In this document: in pieces, positions 57,317 to 64,000 of the stretch
Layout: each line of letters begins with the position of its first letter
Position numbering within the stretch: position 1 is the stretch's first letter
Assembly (NCBI GenBank): GCA_965203565.1
Contig: OZ241896.1
Location: 1,685,728-1,749,727 of the forward strand
Length of the DNA: 64,000 nt
Reading direction: 5' to 3'
DNA from: Vicinamibacterales bacterium
Lineage (GTDB): Bacteria; Acidobacteriota; Vicinamibacteria; Vicinamibacterales; UBA8438
Position numbers and translations under genes: made by a program
The notes under the pieces: generated by a model
Told to the model about the DNA's origin: nothing
What the model saw: only the letters and a program-made list of their open reading frames with translations
The model's database searches: none

Positions 57317-58513
57317 ATGTCTCGCCGCGCCGACGCCCGGCCGCCGCTCCGCGGCGCGGAGAGCGCGCTCGCCGCCCAGGTCCGCGCACGCCTGGCGGAC
57401 CTCGGCGCCCAAGGGCTGCTCCGGACGCTGCGTCCGCCGTCCGGCATCGACCTTTCCTCCAACGACTACCTGGGGCTGGCGGCCGACCCGCGGCTGGCGC
57501 GGCGTCTGGCCGAGGCGGCGATGCGGGAGGGGTGCGGCAGCACCGGCTCGCGCCTGCTCCGGGGCCACCGCGAGAGCTTCGCCGCCGTCGAGCGCCGGTT
57601 CGCGGCGTTCAAGCGGACCGAGCGCAGCCTCTACTTCTCGAGCGGCTACCTCGCCAACCTCGCCGTGCTGGCGACGCTGCCGGAGGCGGGGGACGTCATC
57701 TACTCGGACGCGCGGAACCACGCGAGCCTGATCGACGGAACCCGCCTGTCGCGCGCCCGGTGCGTCGTCGCGCCGCACGGCGACCCGGACGGCCTCGCGC
57801 GGCGGCTGTCCGAAGACGGCGGTCCGGGCCAGCGGTTCGTGGTGGTCGAGTCGCTGTACAGCATGGACGGCGACTTCGCCCCGCTCGCCGGCTACGCCTC
57901 GGTCTGCCGGCGCTTCGGGGCGGCGCTGGTGGTGGACGAAGCGCACGCGGTCGGCGTCTACGGGGACGACGGCAGCGGGCTCGTCCGCGCGTGCGGCGTC
58001 GAGCGCGACGTCTTCCTGTCGATCAACACGGCCGGGAAGGCGCTCGGCGCCGCCGGCGCGTTCGTGGCGGGGCCGGCGTGGGCCATTGACTACCTGGAGC
58101 AGCGCGCCCGCCCGTTCGTCTTCTCGACCGCCGCGCCGCCGGCGCTGGCCGCGGCGATCGACGCGGCGCTCGACGCGGTGGCCGCCGAGCCGGAACGCCG
58201 CGCGGCGCTCGCCGCCCGCGTCCGGTTCCTCCGCGCGCGGCTGGCGCAGGCCGGCGTCGCCCTCGCCGCCGACCTGTCGCAGATCGTGCCGATCGTGGTC
58301 GGCGCCAACGCCGCCGCCGTCGCGCTCGCCGCCGAGTTGCAGCGGCGGGGATTCGACGTGCGCGCCGTCCGCCCCCCGTCGGTGCCGGAGGGGACGGCGC
58401 GGCTGCGGATCTCGGTGAACGCCGGGCTGTCCGAGAGCGACCTGGGCCGGTTCGTCGATGCGCTCCGGGAGGCTCTCGAGGAGGTCGGACAGTGCGCCGC
58501 GGCCTGTTCGTGA
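57317..58513 (+). CDS. bioF: 8-amino-7-oxononanoate synthase
   Basis: SSNDYLGL, GSRLLRG, NHASLIDG, ESLYSMDGD, VDEAHAVG, TAGKALG, RPPSVP. Confidence 0.93.
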   Translation: MSRRADARPPLRGAESALAAQVRARLADLGAQGLLRTLRPPSGIDLSSNDYLGLAADPRLARRLAEAAMREGCGSTGSRLLRGHRESFAAVERRFAAFKRTERSLYFSSGYLANLAVLATLPEAGDVIYSDARNHASLIDGTRLSRARCVVAPHGDPDGLARRLSEDGGPGQRFVVVESLYSMDGDFAPLAGYASVCRRFGAALVVDEAHAVGVYGDDGSGLVRACGVERDVFLSINTAGKALGAAGAFVAGPAWAIDYLEQRARPFVFSTAAPPALAAAIDAALDAVAAEPERRAALAARVRFLRARLAQAGVALAADLSQIVPIVVGANAAAVALAAELQRRGFDVRAVRPPSVPEGTARLRISVNAGLSESDLGRFVDALREALEEVGQCAAACS

Positions 58514-59157
58514 CCGGGACCGACACCGGCGTCGGGAAGACGGTGGTCTCGGCCGCCCTGCTGCACCGGTACGGCCGGGACGCGCCGCTCGGCTACTGGA
58601 AGCCGATACAGACCGGGACGCGGCGGGACGACGACACGGCCGAGGTGCGGCGGCTGGCCGCCGGCGCGCCGGCGGAGGCGCTCGACGACGGCGTCCGGCT
58701 GCCGGAGCCGGTCTCGCCGCATCTGGCCGCCGAGCTGGCCGGAACGACGATAGACCTCGGCGCGCTGATCGCCTCCGCCGCGCCCGTGCTCGCCTCCGGC
58801 CGCTGGATCGTGGAAGGCGCCGGCGGCGTGTTCGTGCCGATCAACCGATCCGAAACGATGCTCGACCTGATCCGCAGGCTGGGACTCCCGGCGCTGGTCG
58901 CGGCGCGGAGCACGCTCGGGACGATCAACCACACGCTGCTGACGCTGGAGGCGCTGCGCTCCCGCGCGCTGCCGGTGGCCGGCGTCGTCATGGTCGGCGA
59001 GCCGAACCGTCACAACCGGGCGGCTATAGAGCGCTACGGCGAGGTCGCCGTCGTCGGCGAGATGCCGCCGTTCGCCCCGCTGTCGGCCGAAGCGCTCGCC
59101 GCCTGGGCCCCGCGCGGGCTCGACCCGGACGGCCGGCTGGGGGAGGGGCTGCAATGA
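58492..59157 (+). CDS. bioD: dethiobiotin synthase
   Basis: FVTGTDTGVGKT, WKPIQTG, VEGAGG, LGTINHTLLT. Confidence 0.96.
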   Translation: MRRGLFVTGTDTGVGKTVVSAALLHRYGRDAPLGYWKPIQTGTRRDDDTAEVRRLAAGAPAEALDDGVRLPEPVSPHLAAELAGTTIDLGALIASAAPVLASGRWIVEGAGGVFVPINRSETMLDLIRRLGLPALVAARSTLGTINHTLLTLEALRSRALPVAGVVMVGEPNRHNRAAIERYGEVAVVGEMPPFAPLSAEALAAWAPRGLDPDGRLGEGLQ

Positions 59158-59191
59158 CGTCGCACGACGCCGGGTCCCGCCGCAGGCTGTT

Positions 59192-59216
59192 TGAGGTGGT
59201 CCCGCATTTTTGGACA
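59192..59216. mobile_element. orphan IS3-family inverted repeat
   Basis: tgaggtggtcccgcatttttggaca; 22/25 identical to the end at 49997. Confidence 0.7.
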
Positions 59217-59225
59217 ACCCGTCGA

Positions 59226-60086
59226 CTAACGGCGGAAGTCGAGGTCGAACAGGACGTCGTCGCCGAGCCGGAAGCACCGGCGCCGCGGGCGCAGCGCCTC
59301 GTCGAGCGACTCGATCGGATCCAGGGCGATCGCCGCCGGGCCGGAGCCGATCAGCATCGGGGCCACCGTGACGTGCATCCGGTCGAGCGCGCCGGCCTGC
59401 AGGAAACCGGAGACGGTCGCGCCGCCCCCCTCGATCAGCACGCGGCGGTAGCCCAGGCCGCGGAGCGCCTGCAGGACCGCCTTCGGGTCGAAGCGGCCGC
59501 CGCCTTGCCCGGCGGCCGGCATCAGCAGCACGTCTCCTTCGAGGCGCGGCGCCGCAGTCGCCCGCCTGCCCGGCGCCCGGCGCACCTGCACCGTCCGGGC
59601 GGCGCCGTCCGAGAAGACGCGCCGGCTCCGGTCGAGGCGCCCGTCCGGGTCGAGGACCACCCGCGCCGGATTCTCGCCCGCAGCCTCCCGCACCGTCAGG
59701 CGCGGGTCGTCGGCGGCGACGGTCCCCGCCCCGACCACCACCGCGTCGACCAGGGCGCGGAGCCGGTGGAGCCGCCGGACGTCGGCCGGGCCGGTGACGT
59801 AACGGGAATGGCCGGCGGCGGTCGCGATCCGGCCGTCAAGGCTCTGTCCGGCCTGCGCGATCGCCAGATCCGGGCGGATCTGCAAGGGCAGGAACAGGTC
59901 GATCAGATCGCGCGCCGCATCGCTCACGGCCGCGGAGGCCGTCCAGTCGCCGGAGGGGTGGACTTGCAACCATACGCCGGGATTGGGATCATGTTCAACG
60001 CGCACGGGCGCGCCGCCGGACTTCAGGTCCCGCGGCGCGGCGCGCAGCAGGCTCCATGCCGTGCGCTCGTCGATGAAAGGGTCCAC
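59226..60086 (-). CDS. RibD C-terminal (reductase) domain protein
   Basis: AQAGQSLDGRIAT, LHRLRALVDAVVVGAGTVAADDPRLTVR, LIEGGGATVS, VAPMLIGSG. Confidence 0.88.
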   Translation of the reverse strand: MDPFIDERTAWSLLRAAPRDLKSGGAPVRVEHDPNPGVWLQVHPSGDWTASAAVSDAARDLIDLFLPLQIRPDLAIAQAGQSLDGRIATAAGHSRYVTGPADVRRLHRLRALVDAVVVGAGTVAADDPRLTVREAAGENPARVVLDPDGRLDRSRRVFSDGAARTVQVRRAPGRRATAAPRLEGDVLLMPAAGQGGGRFDPKAVLQALRGLGYRRVLIEGGGATVSGFLQAGALDRMHVTVAPMLIGSGPAAIALDPIESLDEALRPRRRCFRLGDDVLFDLDFRR

Positions 60087-60095
60087 GCGGCAAGT

Positions 60096-61274
60096 ATGCA
60101 CGACGAGGCGGACCGCGGCCTGTTCGATCTGCAGCGGGGGCGGCCCTTGTACGTCGCGCCGCCGGCCGGGTCGGCGCCCCTGCCCGGCGTCCTGGTGGCG
60201 GCGGTCGAGGGGCTCGGCCCGCGGACGGTGGACCGCCTCCGGCGGATCGACGGCGCGGCGCTCCGGCTCGCCGTGACCGATCGCCGGGCGCACGCCATGG
60301 GCTTGGCGAACGGCGGCCGCCCCGCGCCGCTCAGCCTGCGGCTGAACGGCGCGTCGAGCCCGGACGACATCCTGCGTCTGTCGGCGGCGCCCGGCGACTA
60401 TTCGGGCGAGGTGCGCGACGTGCGCGAGGCGTCCGATCCGGAGGTCGGCGGACTGACGCTGGCGCGGCTGGGCCGCCTGATCCCGGCGGTGGTGGGCGTC
60501 CCGATCGGCCCGGCCGGCGCGCCGGCGCTGCGGCGGGATCTCGACCGCGGCGCCGTCCTCGGCGTCACCACGGCGCAGATCGGAGCGCTGGCCGGCGACA
60601 CGAAGCTGGAGCTGACGCACGTCAGCGACGGGCCGGTCCCGCTGGAGGACGCGGAAGACGCCGCGCTCGCCTGCTTCCGCGAGGCGAACGGCCTGCTGGA
60701 GCACGTGGCGGTGCTCGTGGGCGACCGGACGCGGTGGCCCGATCCGGCGCCGGTCCGCATCCACTCCGCCTGCCTCACGGGCGACCTGTTCGGCAGCCTC
60801 CGCTGCGACTGCGGCGAGCAGTTGCGCGGCAGCCTGCGGGCGTTCGCGGCCCGGGGCGGCGGCGTGCTGCTCTACCTGGCGCAGGAGGGGCGCGGCATCG
60901 GGATCGGCAACAAGCTGCGGGCGTACGCCTTGCAGCAGCAGGGGATGGACACGGTGGACGCCGACTGCGTGCTCGGCTTCGGCGCCGACGAGCGGCGCTA
61001 CGACGCGGCGGTGGCGATGCTGGAGCACCTGGGGATCGACCGGATCCGGCTGTTCACCAACAACCCGGAGAAGGTGCGGGCCGTGCGGGACGCGGGCATC
61101 GAGGTGGCCGCCCGCGAGCCGCTCTACGGCACGCTCAACCGCCACAACCTCCGGTACGTCAAGGCGAAGGTGTCGCGCGCCGGCCACTGGCTGGGGGAGA
61201 TGCTGTCCGGCGCCGCGTCCGCCGGCAGGCAGCCCGCGCCGCACGGAGGTTCGAAGCCGCAGAAGGCAGGGTGA
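60096..61274 (+). CDS. ribA: GTP cyclohydrolase II with degenerate DHBP-synthase-like N-terminal domain
   Basis: VRIHSACLTGDLFGSLRCDCGEQL, QEGRGIG..NKLRAY, LFTNNPEK, NLRYVKAK..AGH. Confidence 0.88.
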   Translation: MHDEADRGLFDLQRGRPLYVAPPAGSAPLPGVLVAAVEGLGPRTVDRLRRIDGAALRLAVTDRRAHAMGLANGGRPAPLSLRLNGASSPDDILRLSAAPGDYSGEVRDVREASDPEVGGLTLARLGRLIPAVVGVPIGPAGAPALRRDLDRGAVLGVTTAQIGALAGDTKLELTHVSDGPVPLEDAEDAALACFREANGLLEHVAVLVGDRTRWPDPAPVRIHSACLTGDLFGSLRCDCGEQLRGSLRAFAARGGGVLLYLAQEGRGIGIGNKLRAYALQQQGMDTVDADCVLGFGADERRYDAAVAMLEHLGIDRIRLFTNNPEKVRAVRDAGIEVAAREPLYGTLNRHNLRYVKAKVSRAGHWLGEMLSGAASAGRQPAPHGGSKPQKAG

Positions 61275-61308
61275 TACTGACGCGCACCGGCGGCAGCGGG
61301 GAAGCGGC

Positions 61309-61511
61309 ATGGCGAACATCGACGGCACGGCGCTTGGCGAGCAGCTTTCCGGCGATTCCGCCGACGACACCATCCGGGCCGCGGCGGTGACGACGTCCTG
61401 CGGGGCGGCGGCGGCGACGACTTTCTGATGGGCAACCCCGGCGAAGACCGGCTGTACGGCGACGCGGGCGACGACACGCTCCGGGGCGGCAACGACGCCG
61501 GCCTCGTCGGC
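61309..61511 (+). pseudogene. collapsed, frameshifted duplicate of the RTX gene 5' end
   Basis: Matches 62342..~62450 joined to ~62795..62878; the upstream 61256..61308 also duplicates 62288..62341. Confidence 0.8.
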
Positions 61512-61513
61512 GG

Positions 61514-61728
61514 CTACTGCAGATCGTCCGGAGTGAGTCCGGTCCGGCGGCTTGTTCGGGTCAGTATCCTGGGCCCGATCTCTTCGCGGTCGTGAAAGGC
61601 GAAAACGAAGTCGGGCCAACCCGTGCGCTGGAGGATGCGGTGAGAGCTCTTCCACGCTTCAGCGTCCAGCCGATGCGGAGGAGAGCGCCGAGAACCCTGG
61701 CGGCTTTCGTCGCCGGCCAGCGCCTTAC
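61514..61728 (-). pseudogene. hicA: HicA-family toxin, frameshifted and lacking its start codon
   Basis: RWPATKAARVLGALLRIGWTLKR / [36 protein letters not shown] in two frames; GTA at the expected GTG position. Confidence 0.8.
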
Positions 61729-61931
61729 GCGGCCTCGAACGACACGTCCAGGCACTCGGAACGCGTTTCGCCATGCTCCAGCCGGTCAGCCATGACACGG
61801 AGCGCCAGCGCCTGGACACGGGCGATGGCGTCATCCCAGTTCCGGCCGTAGCACATCACGCCGGAGAGCGCCGGCACTTCCGCCAGCCACCGGCCGTCGT
61901 CCTCGCGCTCCAACTCGATCCTGAACGTCAT
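61725..61931 (-). CDS. hicB: HicB-family antitoxin
   Basis: MTFRIELEREDDGRWLAEVPALSGVMCYG..AIARVQALALRV; GGAGGA SD. Confidence 0.9.
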   Translation of the reverse strand: MTFRIELEREDDGRWLAEVPALSGVMCYGRNWDDAIARVQALALRVMADRLEHGETRSECLDVSFEAA

Positions 61932-61984
61932 CTGCTTCCTCCATGATCGCATCCTGACCTGATGTGAAGCAACTTCCGATCGAA

Positions 61985-62049
61985 TCACGCCTTGTCAGCC
62001 AAGCGCCTCACCGCTCTCGGCGCCCCGCGCGGGGCTCCCACCAGGGCAG
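61985..62049 (+). repeat. degenerate right half of the 158-bp MITE
   Basis: tcacgccttgtcagccaagcgcctcaccgctctcggcgcccc...cccaccagggcag. Confidence 0.7.
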
Positions 62050-62050
62050 T

Positions 62051-62270
62051 TCACTTGGCCAGCCGGTCGATCGGGAACTCCCGGGCGTCGAGGATGACCT
62101 CCGCGAGCACGGCGCCGTAATGGTCCACGAGGCGCCTGCCGGCGTCGGCGCGGGTGGCGTCGCCGGCTGCGCCCGACCGGTCGAGATCGCCGGCGAGCCA
62201 GGCGAACGACGCCGCGTCGCTCCCGGCGTCCACCCGCCGGAGCATCCGCTCCAGAATCCGCCCCGAGCAT
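62051..62270 (-). pseudogene. C-terminal remnant of a creatininase/formamide hydrolase family protein
   Basis: FAWLAGDLDRSGAAGDA..ADAGRRLVDHYG..LAEVILD resembles the creatininase C-terminal W..DL..SG..GD motif. Confidence 0.55.
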
Positions 62271-62341
62271 CTCGATCGGGCGCCCGTGCCGCAGAAGGCA
62301 GGGTGATATACTGACGCGCACCGGCGGCAGCGGAGAACGGC

Positions 62342-64000
62342 ATGGCGAACATCGACGGCACGGCGCTTGGCGAACGGCTTTCCGGCGATTCCGCCGACGA
62401 CACCATCCGGGGCCGCGGCGGTGACGACGTCCTGCGGGGCGGCGGCGGCGACGACCACCTGATTGGCAACACCGGCGACGACCAGCTATACGGCGGCGCG
62501 GGCGACGACACGCTCTGGGGCGGCAACGACGACGACCTGCTCTCGGGCGGCGCGGGCGGCGACCGGCTGGTCGGCGGCTCGGGCGTGGACACAGCGAGCT
62601 ACTCCGGGTCGGCGTCCGGCGTGACGGTCAGCCTCGCCGCCGGCGCCGGGTCCGGCGGCGACGCGGGCGGCGACACGCTCGACCGCGTCGAGAACGTCGA
62701 CGGCTCGACGCATGCCGACCGGCTCACCGGCGACGACGGCGGCAACCGGCTCATGGGCGGCGCCGGCGGCGACGTCCTGCGGGGCGGCGGTGACGACGAC
62801 TTTCTGGTGGGCAACCCCGGCGAAGACCGGCTGTACGGCGACGCGGGCGACGACACGCTCTGGGGCGGCAACGGCGCCGATCGGCTGACGGGCGGCGCCG
62901 GCGACGACCATCTCGAAGGGGGCGCGGGCGCCGACACGTTCGTCTTCGGGTCCGGGCACGGCGACGACGCCGTGGTGGGGTTCACCGACGGCGAGGACCG
63001 GATAGACGTTGCGGCGCTGGGGGTCTCGGAGTTTTCCGGCCTGAAGACGACGACGACGTCGATCGGGACGCTGATCGATCTGGAGAGTGCGGGCGGCGGC
63101 TCGATCGTGCTCGCCGGTTTCGCCGTCGACGACCTGGATGCGTCCGACTTCGTGTTCGCGCAGGAGGGTGCGGACGAAACCGGCGGCGACGACGAGGGCG
63201 GCGTGAACGCTGGGGACACGAACGCCGGTGGTGACGGCACGAACGAGGGCGGCGCGAGTACGAACGACGGCAACACGATCCGGGGCGACGACGGCGACAA
63301 CCTGCTGCGGGGCGGCGACGGTCCCGACCGCCTGTACGGCGAGGGCGGCGCCGACACGCTGTACGGCGAAGGCGGCGACGACACGCTGTACGGCGGCGAC
63401 GGTGACGACCTGCTCTCCGGTAACAACCGTGACACTGGCCCTGGCGGCAACGACGTGGTGTCGGGCGGCCCCGGCGACGACGTCATTGGCGTTGGTGATG
63501 ATGGTGACGACACGCTCTCGGGCGGCTCCGGCGACGACAGGATCAGCATTCCATGGTGGGCGGATGGCGACAACACGGTCTCCGGCGGTGATGGCGACGA
63601 TCACATCCATGTCTCCGCTGATGGAGCGTATGGTGACAACACGGTTTTCGGCGATGCGGGTGACGATTCCATCAACGTCGGCAGTAATGGAAACCATACC
63701 GTTTCAGGCGGCGCCGGCAACGACGATATCTATGTTCAGGGCGGCTATGGCGGCAGCGATCTCACGGTTTCGGGTGATGCCGGCGATGACCGTATCTACG
63801 ATGAAAATCCCGGAGACGACACGATATCGGGCGGTCCAGGCAATGACAGCTTCTACATAAGTGGTCAATCCACCAACGGTGACAACACAATATCGGGTGA
63901 TGCCGGCGATGACCGTATCGAAGATTACGGTGGTGGAGACGACACGATATCGGGCGGAGACGGGAACGATCGGATCACGGCGCTCTGGGGTGACAACACG
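62342..64000 (+). CDS. RTX calcium-binding repeat protein (partial, runs off the window)
   Basis: Many GGxGxDxLx nonapeptides, [30 protein letters not shown]; no stop seen in this frame. Confidence 0.9.
   Translation, partial: MANIDGTALGERLSGDSADDTIRGRGGDDVLRGGGGDDHLIGNTGDDQLYGGAGDDTLWGGNDDDLLSGGAGGDRLVGGSGVDTASYSGSASGVTVSLAAGAGSGGDAGGDTLDRVENVDGSTHADRLTGDDGGNRLMGGAGGDVLRGGGDDDFLVGNPGEDRLYGDAGDDTLWGGNGADRLTGGAGDDHLEGGAGADTFVFGSGHGDDAVVGFTDGEDRIDVAALGVSEFSGLKTTTTSIGTLIDLESAGGGSIVLAGFAVDDLDASDFVFAQEGADETGGDDEGGVNAGDTNAGGDGTNEGGASTNDGNTIRGDDGDNLLRGGDGPDRLYGEGGADTLYGEGGDDTLYGGDGDDLLSGNNRDTGPGGNDVVSGGPGDDVIGVGDDGDDTLSGGSGDDRISIPWWADGDNTVSGGDGDDHIHVSADGAYGDNTVFGDAGDDSINVGSNGNHTVSGGAGNDDIYVQGGYGGSDLTVSGDAGDDRIYDENPGDDTISGGPGNDSFYISGQSTNGDNTISGDAGDDRIEDYGGGDDTISGGDGNDRITALWGDNT

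Noticed and set aside
49997-59216. Composite transposon bounded by the two orphan IS3 ends
   Set aside because: The two IRs are in the same orientation and no shared target duplication flanks them
62342-64000. Periodic repeats as a CRISPR array
   Set aside because: They are coding 27-nt RTX nonapeptide repeats with no unique spacers and no cas genes nearby

Overview
High-GC (about 70%) bacterial chromosome segment. Gene content and order (Oar-like TonB receptor, archaeal-type ProRS, short PheT, tRNA-Val-thrS-infC-rpmI-rplT-pheST-zapB-zapA-rimP-nusA-infB-rbfA-truB-rpsO-pnp) suggest Acidobacteriota, possibly a Vicinamibacteria-like host-associated lineage; this is inference. A conserved core (about 11.5-44.5 kb) is flanked by accessory and decaying DNA. 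On the left are outer-membrane proteins and a minor type IV pilin cluster. On the right are a broken cobalamin-uptake locus, a nested IS cluster (ISL3 remnant, DUF222-HNH pseudogene, IS4, IS630 interrupted by IS3), bioF-bioD truncated at an IS3 end, a head-to-head RibD/RibA pair, a hicBA module with a broken toxin, and an RTX protein that runs off the window. The most notable signal is a 158-bp fully palindromic miniature inverted-repeat element with a 4-bp target duplication, so each insertion adds exactly 162 nt (54 codons). It occurs as 3 full copies, 1 mini copy and at least 5 fragments. Two copies sit in frame inside the same cobalamin-binding-protein gene, and one of them reads as a stop-free 54-aa insert. 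A second signal is a multi-stem structured RNA-like segment at the 3' end of the IS3 element. No CRISPR array or rRNA was seen.
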